DNA of 64,000 nucleotides from assembly GCF_964188315.1 (NCBI RefSeq), contig NC_135666.1:29140001-29204000 (forward strand). Reading direction: 5' to 3'. The DNA comes from Podarcis muralis (lineage: Eukaryota). This document shows, in pieces, positions 39,009 to 51,090 of this stretch (within the stretch, counting starts at the first letter, position 1; each line of letters opens with the position of its first letter). The notes under the pieces are model-generated. The model was not told the DNA's origin and ran no database searches. It saw only the letters and a program-made list of their open reading frames with translations. The position numbers and the translations under genes were made by a program.

Positions 39009-39695
39009 CCGTATTTTTCGTCCCATAGGACGCTCCGTCCCATAGGACACACCTATTTTTTGGGGGGGGGAAATAAAGGAAAAAATTTTCCCCTTTATTT
39101 CCCCCCCCAAACCAGGTCGGGGAAACCAAACCAGGTCGGGGAACAGCGGGATGGCGGCGCTGCGCCTCCCCGCTGTCCCCCGAGCTTGTGGGGCTGGCCG
39201 ATATCTGCCCGAAGGGGCGATCTGCTTCAGCGCGCCTCGTGCTCCGTGCAGCAGGCTGCTATCCGCAGCCTAGGGAGCCCTGCGGGAACTCCTGCAGGGC
39301 TCTCCAGGCTGCGGATGTCTGCCCGGCGCGCGGGGCGCTCTGCTTCAGGGTGCCCGTGCGCCAGACGGCAGGCTGCTATCCGAAGCCTAGGGAGCCCTGC
39401 GGGAACTCCCGCAGGGCTCCCCAGGCTGTGGATGTCTGCCCAGCATGCAGGGTGCTCTGCTTCAGGGCGCCCCGCGGGCCGGGCGGCAGGCTGCTATCCG
39501 CAGCCTAGGGAGCCCTGCGGGAACTCCCGCGGGCTCCCCAGGCTTGCTGATAGCTTCCTGAAGCCTGGGGAGCGAGAGGGGTCCTCTCGCTCTCCAAGCT
39601 TCAGCGAAAGCCTGTATTCGCCCCATAGGACACAGACAGATTTCCCCTTCATTTTTGGAGGGGGAAAAGTGTGTCCTATAGGGCGAAAAATACGG
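39009..39695. mobile_element. pogo/Tigger-like MITE with internal ~118-bp tandem repeat
   Basis: TIRs CCGTATTTTTCGTCCCATAGGA / TCCTATAGGGCGAAAAATACGG; TA on the right flank (CA on the left); repeat units start at 39251, 39368 and 39486. Confidence 0.85.
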
Positions 39696-39790
39696 TATAT
39701 TTTAGAGTGAAGAAAATGAAAGAAAAGGAGGCCCATATGACTAGTAGAGATTATGAGCAGGGTTGTCCACCCATGGTCCACATCAGCACC

Positions 39791-40094
39791 ATACATTTAA
39801 AGCACTGTTATACCCCATTAAAAATCATGGCTTCCCCCAAAGAATCCTGGGAACAGAAGTTTTTTAAGACTGCTGAGAGTTGTTAGGGAACCCCTATTAT
39901 CCTCAGACAGCTACAATTCCCAGAATTCCCTAGGAAGGGAGATTGATGGTTAAACCACTCTGGGAATTGCAGTTATGTTGAGAGAATATGGAGTCTTCTT
40001 ACAACTCTCATCCCCCTTAACAAACTACAGTCCCCAGGATTCTTTGCAGGAAGCCATGACTGTTTATAGTTGTATGCCACTGGTTGAAATGCAT
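39791..40094. mobile_element. Foldback (palindromic) MITE-like repeat
   Basis: Arms of ~130 bp are reverse complements (CATGGCTTCCCCCAAAGAATCCTGGG / CCCAGGATTCTTTGCAGGAAGCCATG; CTACAATTCCCAGA / TCTGGGAATTGCAG). A related fragment lies at ~24185-24330. Confidence 0.75.
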
Positions 40095-41207
40095 AGTGCA
40101 GATGGGACCCAAGTCCAGCTTAAACAAAAGAAAAAGAACCCTGAGAAGGGAGGGCAAGAGAAGTCTTGAAGTTGCCCATCAACAGCACTTGGACAGAGCA
40201 CTGTCCAATTCACAATTCTCCCCACTATGGGGAGGTATAATGTATGACTTTTAAATCATAGTCATCCTATATCAATGTGCATCTCACATGGCAGAGTGCG
40301 GTTGAGTTCATGTCCAGCTTACTGGTTTCCCACAGGCTGGAAGGGCAAACAGAGGACTGCACACTACAGCATTTAGTGTGAGAACAGAACCCTAGACTAG
40401 GTGGGCCATTGGCCTGATCCACGCACCACCACCACCTGAGGTGGCTCAGGGAAGCCCTGGAAGGTGCCGGCAGGGGAAAAAAAAGAATCCAGAGAGGAGC
40501 AGGCAGTGGCAGCAGCGGTCCTGTTCTTTCCAGGCAGCACGCAGGTAACAAGCACAGGAATCAGTGAGTGGTGCACTCTTCGCGGGTCCAGGTCTGTCAC
40601 CTCTCTGCAGCCCATCACCTGAGGTAATGAGCCTAATGGGTGGACCAGCCCTGATGCTGAACCACTGCCAGTGCTGAAATCAGATTTGGCTGACTGGTCA
40701 GTTTTTTGTACATGGAATGAGAGGAGGCACCATCTTGTCATTCACCTGAGGTAGCGAAATGTCTTGGGATGGCCCTGAAATGAGCCTTGTTTCTCTCCTA
40801 AACATTGGAGTGCTGTGAAGATGAAGTTCTTTATGGAAGGAAATATGAGAAGGAAGTAAGCAAAATGCCTTGCCATGATTCCCTCCCCCCCCCCCCCCCG
40901 GTTATGGCTGCTGTGTGTGTGTGCACGCACACATTTGTGGTGCATTACTAAGAATTCATGGGAGGGAGGGAAAATTGTCCAATAGTCTCTTCTGATAAAT
41001 TTCAGCTTGCTTAATGTTGAACAAAACACATTGGTTAGCTCATATTGGTGAACGAAGGAAACTGTAGGCCAAGGGAGGAGAACTGGCAGGAGCAAGGGCT
41101 AGGCCTATATTATTCAAATAACAATATTGAATAAAAATAATATTAAACAATATTAAAACTAGATCAACAGGTGCACCCAGAACTCTCCACCCTACATGTA
41201 GATCGTA

Positions 41208-41212
<5 letters not shown>

Positions 41213-41256
<44 letters not shown>
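41213..41256. repeat. (TG)22 microsatellite
   Basis: Direct reading. Confidence 0.95.
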
Positions 41257-41257
<1 letters not shown>

Positions 41258-43989
41258 TTTTCCTGAATATTTTTGTGGGGTAGGGGAGGAGAGGAGAGGA
41301 AAACAAAAATTACAGGCATAGAATAACAGATGGAGGGAAGGCGCAACCTCCAAGTCATTTGCAGAGAGTTGGCTTTGAAGATGGGACACCCAGGTTCAAA
41401 TTTCACCCAACCCCCTCTCCACATTGTGATCTGCAGCAGTTGCAGCTTTCAGTCAGCTTGTGCTGAGTGCTAACTTCCAGTTAGCACCACAGGGAGGTGG
41501 TTTTGTGTGTTCATGCAATGCAGTGTATACAGCAGTGGTGGAAAACCTCTGGCCTGCAGGCCTAATGAGGCCACTAGATCTCATTATTTGGCCTTCTGGG
41601 CTGTCACACATCTGATGTCATATTTGCTGTCAGGTGTGGGGCATGAAGACGTAGCTTTGCTGGGCTGTGTCCTTGCAAGCACTGTTGATCAGCTGATTAC
41701 AGCAGCTCTTGCAAAGGCACTGGCTGCTGTCTTTCTGAGCACCCATCTTTTCCATTCTAGTTTCAAAAAAATTGCAGGTAAGTCAACAAACCTCTTCCTT
41801 GCTCTGGGCCTTTGTGAGTATGGGATTCTGGCTTAGAAGAGCAAACCTCTTACAACTTGATTTCCGAGCTGAGTCTGGTAATCAGGGCAAGGAGCTGGAA
41901 AGCGTTGGAAGAGCAGCACTGATGGAAGAACAATGGTATAAGGACAACACTAGGTCTCTATTCAGATAGTCAAGCAGGACTAAATGTTGTAGTGTGGAGT
42001 CCTCTGTTCCGTGTTCCAGCCAGCCATGCCCTCTTCTGTAATACTTCATTCCATCCTCTTCCATGAAAGATTTGAAGGCCAAGGATAAAAGATTGAACAA
42101 TTATCTAGGTTTCCCCCCATTTCTGCCCATTTTCTTCAGGCCTTCACATCCCTATCTCCCACCCGGGTTTCTGCCCAATCCCCCTCCCAGCATTCTGTGG
42201 GCTGTTTCAGAGAGTCCCTCCCTTAGGTTTTTGTACTTTAGCAAACTTTAATGCTCCCCTCAACCTGCTGATATCTCTTGTGCTTGGATGGTGCTAGTTT
42301 GGCTGCATATGCAACAACATTCACCTCAGGGAATCAGAAATAAAGGGAATAACTTGGAGATATTGTGATAGCTTGTTTGCATTTAATGCAGCTCAGATCC
42401 CCACTGACGTCAATGAGATCGCACTATCAACCTGTGTTTTTAGCCTGCTTACGTCTGAGAGCTAGTGACTGACTTGAGTCCTCAGGTTTCAGAGCTGACA
42501 AGATTGACAACGTGCTTGATGTCTCCAGCGGAGAAAAGGTCATAGATCACACACCCCACTTTAAATGCTGTCTTTTTCCATATTCATATTACATATAGTA
42601 ATGGGTGCTTTTTCTCCTTCCTAACCTATCACAGTTTATATGTGAAAGGTCATAGACAGCATAGATGTTACAGATGAACTGCCAGAACATGATACTTGGC
42701 TAATGTAAGGGGTGTCCTTCATGCTGCCTTCCAAATGTGTCAAGTGCTGTCTGTGCAAATAAAGACAGCATCTCAGTCTGGGATTAAATGATCGGGTACA
42801 TGCAAGTTTCAAGGAACATGCCACGAATCTGAAAAACACTAACTTGGCAAGTAAAGAATTGGATGTCCGTGGCTGTTTGTTGAACCAACTTCACAAAGGT
42901 GTTGGTAGAGTAACAAGTTTAGAGCTCCCTGGCAGGGCTCTCAAATCACAGGCCTGTAGCAGGGTATTTCAAGGGAAGAGAGGAAAGAGGGATTCTGGGC
43001 TGTACTTAAACGTGCAGCGTTTAATTCACTGCGGCTATAAAATGACCACTCATTCTTCAGGAATAATGCTGCCAACTTATATTTGTGTAGAGCAATGTCT
43101 ATGGTTTTTTTTTAATGGTAAATATATTATTTTAGTTGTATTTTATGTTTTAACCCTGTATACGAGCTACATTGGGAGAGCATGCCCAGAAAAATAGCAT
43201 AAAAATACTGGAGACTTATTAAATAGTGAATGATGGCTTTGATCGAAATGCTTCTCCCTTTGTGCCTGCTTATTGCCCCAAAAGGAAAGCTTCTGTTGGT
43301 GTTAGCAGAAACGCTTCTCCCAGAGCGAATAAGTGGCACAGTTTGTAACCCTGGAGACAGATTCCTTGTCGTCGGGGTGAGGACAAAAACTCTGAAGCAG
43401 AAGGGGAAGGACATGCAGGAACACCCCCAGAAGCATATCCACCGGGTGAGTCATTAGCACCTGTGGCACAGGTGAGGATGTAGTGTTGCCATTCTCAGAT
43501 TTGGTGGACTCTCATGGCGAAGACCCGGTTAGACCAGAGGTTCCCCTGATCAGTTACAGTAGAAGAATTCTAGAGAAGGCTGGGCACTTTGAAGTGAAGC
43601 TGCATCTTGCAGCACAGGTGGTGCCAGTAATCAGGCTGTCGCTGCTTTTGCTCCTATAGAAGGGTTCCGTTTCAGCTTGTTTCTTGTTGGAACAACCAGC
43701 CTTACCTTGTCCTTGCCTGAGATCGGTGCTCGCCATATCAAGCACATGATGCTGCACTTCAGATTGGGACTGCTATACAGCAAAGGGCTAAAGCCTTACC
43801 CCTTGCCATGGAACTGCTCCCCCCCCCCTGCACTGGTTGCTATTTAATTTTTAAAAATAACACAAGGGTTAACAAAACGATTAACACCATGTCTAGTTTG
43901 GCCTTCAGTGACAACTGACCTCAATGAACCCTGAGTATAAGAGAATATCTTTCTGATCAGGATTCAGGTGGAGGTATCCATGGCCCAGT

Positions 43990-44190
43990 CAGGGCTTGGC
44001 AAAGATATTTTGCTGCCTGAGGCAAACAAGCTGCCCATGTACAAAAGCACTTTGACACTGGCAACAGATAGTTTACGCCCAGTGTAGCTGAGCACAGCAG
44101 GCTAGCCCACAGGGTGCAAGGCAGGCCACGCAGCACACAATACTCTGCCCCTCAGAATCTGCCACCTGCCTAATGGTAGGGCTGGCCCTG
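43990..44190. mobile_element. hAT MITE, degenerate
   Basis: Termini CAGGGCTTGGC / GGGCTGGCCCTG; flanks GGCCCAGT / GCCCAAGT resemble a decayed 8-bp TSD. Confidence 0.5.
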
Positions 44191-44639
44191 GCCCAAGTCA
44201 CTTCCCATCCCCATTATCAAAAGTCAGTCAAATCCATGCTTTAAAACCCCCACAAAAACATTTTATGCTGTCTTTGAAATATCTGCATGGCTGTGACAGG
44301 TTTCAGGAGGTAATTGATTCCCTCTGTACATCTCTCCCACACTACCATTAAACACATTTAGATCCACCCATTGGCTTGTTGTTGTCGTAGATGCTTGTGT
44401 GGTGCAGCGGTGGAGATAATGACATGGTGCATGGCTCATTGTCTTCTTTAGCTTCCAGCCAAGCAAGCTGTGGCCAGTTGGGTTATATATAGAAACAATT
44501 AAGATGCCGGATTCTTTCAGCCACTGGATGTAAGAAAACAGATCCTATCTCACACCACTGAAAAATACCGGTATTTCAGTGACAAAATACAGGTGCTTTC
44601 TTCACCAGACCCCAAACCTTTCCTTCAAGGAGATAATAG

Positions 44640-44641
<2 letters not shown>

Positions 44642-44683
<42 letters not shown>

Positions 44684-44716
44684 GCGCGCGCGCGCACGCA
44701 CACACACACACACACA
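44642..44716. repeat. Compound (AT)n-(CG)6-(CA)n microsatellite
   Basis: 75 bp of uninterrupted purine/pyrimidine alternation. Confidence 0.95.
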
Positions 44717-47700
44717 GTGCTAGGCTTTGACACTATCTTTTTGACCTAGTCAACTCAACCAAATATTATTTTACTGTGTTAGTTTCATCCAGCAAACTTG
44801 CTTTCGAATGGGTCACTGCCGACACTTTGCTTGCATGTTACCTGATGTGCCTGCTCTATGGTTGCTCTAACAACCTGGTGGATAGCATGTCAATTCTTAT
44901 TTGGCTAAGAACAAATGATAAATACTATACAGAGATCCACATTTAGTTGCCACTGCTCAGTAATTATCTATAAACAAATCACGAGAGAGTGCTGTGTGAG
45001 AGCCTCATGGTGGTATATAGCTGTGAACTTGAATTCTACCATTTATTAACTTCTAACAGCAGAAAAGTTGGCTATTCTTAGTAGAAGCAAATTCCATATC
45101 CTGCAATATTAAGTAACCTCTACAGCACTAAAACACGTATTGAGCCTGCAAAAGCAAGGAAGGAGGTCTTTTACTGTAGTGTAGGGGGTTAACATATATT
45201 TCCAGCAGATTGCATCCTATGTACCATGCTAGTAGCAACCTTCATGTCCACAGGGGGCAGGCATCGTCAGAGTGGTAAGCCACCCTAACCAAGTAAGTTG
45301 AAGATATAGGCATGCTACCTCTGTCCATTGCCCATAGGATAATATATCCACAGCACATCTCCTTGGGCAGCTTTCTCCTTTACTTGTTCTTCCTCTTCCT
45401 TGATCATCAGGGGTTTGTTCCTCTTTTACACACCATGTGAAAGGAAGAAGTAGACCATGCCCACAATTAAGCTCCTGTGGTTCTCTTAAGCAACCACTCT
45501 GTTTGTACTGTTTGCATGGTATACTGTAAAAGTCCACACATGCAGTGCAAATTGTGTATGGGGATCTCAGCAGGAAGAACATTGACAAATGATAGCACAT
45601 GCACAGTCTCTTGACTTTGAGTCAGGACTAGACAGATGCACTCTCTTCCCTGTAGACTTGATGAACAGTGACAATATATATGTACCTGTGCTTTTGTATG
45701 TTTAGGACAAAGAACAATGAAGGGAAAATGAAAATATATGCATAATGAAGCCAGAAGGTTTAAGTGGGTATTTACAAGACTAAGCAGAGATTTATGAAAA
45801 ATAAGCATTTCCTTTTGAGTGACTGCTGGCTATGATTTTTTACAAGAAAGATGAATGATTCATGACAGAACAAGAACATGTACAATCATGGCCTAATAAT
45901 TGTGTGCACAGTCTATTTGCATTTATAGGACCACATTAAGTTAATGGGTTCTAAAGCTGATTCTTCAAATGATTAAGAATAAAGATTTGCTTTCTGCTTG
46001 ATGCCAATGCTAGTATTAATTTAGTTGCAAAGCCACTGTACTGCATAGAAGTAGTTAAAGGGAATTTCATATTGTTATGACCTTGCCATTCTGTTGTACC
46101 AAGTGAAGGGAGAGAGCTTGTATAGCATACATTGATGCTGAACAACAAATGTATCTTTGATGGCCACTGATGTTAATCTCTTTCTGAAACACATTGTAGA
46201 AGGCACCTTGGTGCCATATATACTTTCAAGGTGAAGGCTGAAAGAATTGTATGTTGTGAATTTGGTTCCAGATTTAATCCCCGTCCAACTGATCCAAATG
46301 TCTGTGCTTATTTTGTGTCACAAATGCTGCCACCTACAAGGATTCACCAGCTGGGGTCTTAAAACCCATTATTGTCTTCTTAATATTATTAATAGATAAC
46401 ATTATCTTCTAAACATCAGAAAGGACCTGGTCATTTACAGCTTTCAACTTGTTACAATAGTGTAGTGAATTATTACACTGCCATCTAGTGACAGAAGATT
46501 CCAGGATGTCAGATGCCTACTATTTTATACTCTACTACTGCTTGTTGAGAATAAGGGTTAGTAAGGTATAAGGCAATGCAAACAAAAACTGCATACCAGT
46601 GAGAGAGTAGACGTTATTGGACTACAGCTCCCATCACCCCTGACTATTGGTCATGCTGGTTGAGGCTGATAGTCTAACAACCTTCTGGAGGACATTGTAT
46701 TGGCTCCCCCTGCACTGGGCCAACTATCTCACAGCCTCAGCCCCACTCCCAATAACCGGCCTACCTTAGAGGAAGAAGGATCCAGCTGGTGAAGAGGCAC
46801 AGTCTCAGATTGCTTGGGGAAAACCTTGCAGAGGAATTGGACTTAGGCAGCTGTGGGGAGTCAGGGACCTTCAGTCTTAGCAACTGCTTCATGGGGGAGA
46901 TGAGTCGCTGTGCTCATGACACTCCTGTGCAGATCTTGTTTTTGTTAATAAACTCCAAATTACTGCTGGTTTGCTCCTGTCACCTATTATACGAAATTAT
47001 AATATACATCCATTACTCCTCCCAATTTTGTGGAAACAGAAGTATGAGTGTTTAGGGAACATACTTATTAGGGCTCTGAGAGGCAAGAGTGAAATAATAA
47101 TATTTATACAGTGCATTTCAAATGTTTGAAGCATTTCGTATATACTATGTGTGATGCTTACAGGAGTTCTCAGGTTTTCCCCAAGCTTACTGAGACTGTG
47201 CCTCTTCCCCAGCTGGACCCTTCTCCCTCTAACCACTCATTGTCATCCTACCACCAATGAACCTTCTTCCCTTGGGGTTCCCCAGCTGCTGCCTCCTACC
47301 ATTCCTCTGCATCCAACCGGTCTGTGACATCAGGCTATTTCTAGGGTTGCCATACGTCTGGAATTTCCCAGACATAGCCGGAATACTGTAGTTGGAAGCA
47401 GTGACTGGGCTGAAATCGCTGAAATGTTAGGGACGTTTCTCTATCCTCCATACATATAAGCAAGAGGCATCATGGGAGTTCAAGAGTACCTTCCAACCAG
47501 ACACAAAGGAGTGTGGCCTGGGGAGAATTCTTAGGGCCAAATAAACAGGCCTGGAATGCCACATTTAGCCCCTGGCCTGAGTTTTGCCGCTCCTGCTTTA
47601 CATCACCTTAACAGAGTCTCACAGTTGCCTGATTCCTTTGTGTCTACCTGATTCATGGTCTGCATTGGTTAGGCAAATCAGTGACATGATGCTGACTGTT

Positions 47701-48774
47701 TAATTCACTCATCTGCCACAGGATGCTGAGTGCTTTAACCAGGGTAACCAGATGCATACCTGCCAACATTTCACCAATGAAAATAGGGACGTCCCATTCA
47801 ATAATGATAATTTTCCTATTTATACCCCACAGATCTTACTGGGTTCTCCCAGCCACTCTGGGCAGCTTCCAACATATATAAAAACAAAGCATTAAACATT
47901 AAAAAACCTTCTCTATACAGGATTGCCTTCAGATGGCTTGGTGGTCGGATAACTCCATACCCTCCAACATTTCTCCAATGAAAATAAAGACGCCCTAAGG
48001 AAAAGTGGGACATTCCAGATCAAATCAGAAACCGGGATGGCTTCTCCAAATCAGGGAGGTCCCTTGAAAATAGGGACACTTGAGGGGTTTGCAGATGAGT
48101 CAAATAGCTCAGGAGGGTTCACTTTGATTTGGTGGTAATGACTAAATGCAATGCATTGCTATAAATAAAAATATTGTTCGGCAGCTTTTGTTTATCGTTA
48201 GGCGCCACACTCGTCGCTGCGGTGCGGGGCCTGCTGATAATTTGTTTTGCAGCTACTCCTAATTAACTATGGTGTCTCTACCTTTTGCCAGGCGCTTTTA
48301 AACAATTTCCCTCCTATGCCAGCAACTTGACAGGAAGTTAAGAAAGGAAGCTCGCAAGGCCCAGATTACACATAAAGCCTGCAGGCAGCTGACAGGCAAT
48401 TATGTCTAATAAGGTGTTATGAAAACCACAGCACAGCAGGTGCAGCAAGGAGGAAGAGACAGCCCCCTGCTGGGTTTGCATAGAGATCAGAAGGAAAGTT
48501 AAGGGATAGGAACCGAAAAAACACATAAAATATGAAGCGCCGAGGAAACAGGACATCCTTAAAGCGGACGCAACCATTTGTAAAAGGTCCCAGGGTTCAA
48601 AAATACTAAGATGTTGCATTGGACACCTCTTAATTCTAGATACAGTATGTTTTTTGTTGGGTCTCCCAATATTATTCAAGGCTCATTTATTTAGGGCTAG
48701 TAACCACAATAGCTATAGTCTGCCTCCATGGCAGGAGATAGTAATATTTTTGAATACTTTTGAAGAGGAGATAG

Positions 48775-49027
48775 ATACGATAACCAGCTTTCTTTCTCCT
48801 GCTCTGGAGGGTAGGACCTGAACCAATGGATTCAAGTTAAAAGAAAGGAGATTCTGACTAAACATCAGGAAGGAGCTGTTTGACAGTGGGAGGTTGTCAA
48901 ATCTTCCTTGCAGGTTTTTAAGCAGAGGTTGGGTGGCCATCTGTCATGGACACTAGTTGAGATTCCTGCATTGCAGGGGGTTGGACTAGATGATCCTCGG
49001 GGTCCCTTCCAATTCTATGATTCTCTG
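48775..49027 (+). mobile_element. CR1 LINE 3' fragment
   Basis: GGATTCAAGTT..AAGGAGATTC..CTAAACATCAGGAAG ... GGTTGGACTAGATGA..CCCTTCCAATTCTATGATTC. Confidence 0.8.
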
Positions 49028-49039
49028 GATATCAGTTGC

Positions 49040-49268
49040 TCATTTATTTAGGGTTTCACCCATGAGGGCTATGCTCTGCCTCCAAGGTCGGAGGCAGCAA
49101 TTCTTCGGAATATTAGTTACTGGAAACCACAGGAGAGGGGAGTGTTCTTGTGCATAGCTCCTGTTTGCCTGCTTTCCCATAGGCATCTGCCTGACCACTG
49201 TAAGAACAGGATGTTGGGCTAGATGGGCCATTGGCCTGATCCAGCAGTGATTTTCTTACGTTCTTATT
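49040..49268 (+). mobile_element. CR1-like 3' fragment (second family)
   Basis: Ends GGGCTAGATGGGCCATTGGCCTGATCCAGC...TTCTTACGTTCTTAT; a related remnant lies at ~40390-40425. Confidence 0.55.
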
Positions 49269-50676
49269 TTTTCGCGGCCTTTTCAGAGAATGGCAGCTGT
49301 GGCCATTTTGTCAGTTTCCATGCACTGGCTGTCCGTGTAACAATATGGGCCTGTGCTAGAGCCAGCACAGGTGTGCATCTTGCTGTTGCAAGAGCTTGGA
49401 AGGAGGTATACAAAAAGCATATCCAAATTGATTTTGCATGTGCCATTGATAAACAGATGATCATTAGTGAAGTGAGAGCTCCGGGACAGAACAGGAGGTG
49501 CCATGCTCAATCCTTGGCAGAGGTGGGGAACATTTTTCAGCATGAAGACTTCATTCCCTTCTGGGGATCACATGCCAATGGTGGGCGGAGCCCAGGGCAA
49601 AGGTGGGCGGAGCAATTAATGTGAACATTACCTTTGTGCAATAGGCTAGTTTCTACACACAGTCACATGCCCCTCTCTTTCCCCTACCCAGGCAAGAGGC
49701 CTTCAAGGGCACATTTCAGCCAGGCAAAAACACTTCACGAGGGCCAAAGCTAGGCCCTGAAAATCCCTGGCATGTTCTGGTTTTCGGGTGTAAAAATGGC
49801 ATCAGGAGGAGTTTTGCCAAATTGGATGTATGGCAGCATGATGGAAAAAGCAGCTCCAGAAAGCTCAACAACTTTGTGGGTGTCAGGAATTTTACTTTTT
49901 CAGATATGGAAACCCCAGCCAAAGCAAGACTGGGAGGGGTGTCACCTGGAGAGAGTCCCCAGGGCCAAATAAAGAATCCTGGGAGGCTGCATTTGCCCCC
50001 CACCTGGACCTGAGGCAGGTAACATTTACTGAGAAATATTTCTGTTTGAGGCCCCAGAGAATGGCTGTTAATCACAGAATCATAGAATTGTAGTGTTGGA
50101 AGGGACTACGAGGGTCATCTGGTCACAAGCATTTGTACAAAGCCCATCTGTTTCCTCCCAGTTCATCATGGTGGCGCATGAATGCTGATTTGCAGCATGC
50201 ATGAGCGTTATCACATCTCTCCCCCTGGAATTTTAGCATAATTAGCTGACTGACTATTGAAGTGAGAGTGGATGCTCTGTGACACCATTGCTTGGGCATT
50301 CCTTTGGTCTATCTTTTCACATAATCAAGGGTGTAGGACGTTCTAGTGACGTAGCAGAGGACAACTTAGTAGGACACCTAAAGGAATAGGACTTGATGGA
50401 ATGGTTTAGACAGGAAAGCAGTTACATCAGAGAAGATGTTTAGCATTGCTAAACCATCACTATACTTCATGTAATACTTCACCCAAAAATCATTACATGG
50501 AAACAGACAGCTTTAATCTCAGCACTGAAAACCTGCCAAGTAGAAATTTGTATGATATTTAATAGCGCCATCTGGTGACTCCTCCTCAGTATTACAAAGC
50601 AATGAATTATAATATGCTAAGTACCTTCTCTTGTGGCCAGGGACCTTGGGCTCAGAGATCGGTTGGGATCAGGGCC

Positions 50677-51040
50677 GGACGCAGGTGGCGCTGTGGGTTA
50701 AAGCCTCAGCACCTAGGACTTGCCGATCGAAAGGTCGGCGGTTCGAATCCCTGCGGCGGGGTGCGCTCCTGTCGTTCGGTCCCAGCGCCTGCCAACCTAG
50801 CAGTTCGAAAGCACCCCCAGGTGCAAGTAGATAAATAGGGACCGCTTACTAGCGGGAAGGTAAACGGTGTTTCCGTGTGCGGCTTTGGCTCGCCAGAGCA
50901 GCGATGTCACGCTGGCCACATGACCCGGAAGTGTCTGCGGACAGCACTGGCTCCTGGCCTATAGAGTGAGATGAGCGCACAACCCTAGAGTCTGGCAAGA
51001 CTGGTCCATACGGGCAGGGGTACCTTTACCTTTACCTTTA
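50677..51040 (+). mobile_element. Full-length Sauria SINE (Squam1)
   Basis: Head GGACGCAGGTGGCGCTGTGGGTTAA (A box), B box GGTTCGAATCC, tail (ACCTTT)n; flanked by a 62-bp direct duplication. Confidence 0.93.
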
Positions 51041-51090
51041 AGTACCTTGTCTTGTGGCCAGGGACCTTGGGCTCAGAGATCGGTTGGGAT

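Noticed and set aside
38964-39710. Longest ORF in the track (248 aa)
   Set aside because: It lies almost entirely within a TIR-bounded MITE; the repeated peptide (QAAIRSLGSPAGTPAGL) mirrors the GC-rich DNA tandem repeat, and it has no transposase or other domain features.
42405-42412. Perfect CRE palindrome TGACGTCA
   Set aside because: It sits in CCCACTGACGTCAATGAGA, a variant of a very common squamate short-repeat motif (CCCATTGA.TTCAATGG); a single 8-mer is not informative.
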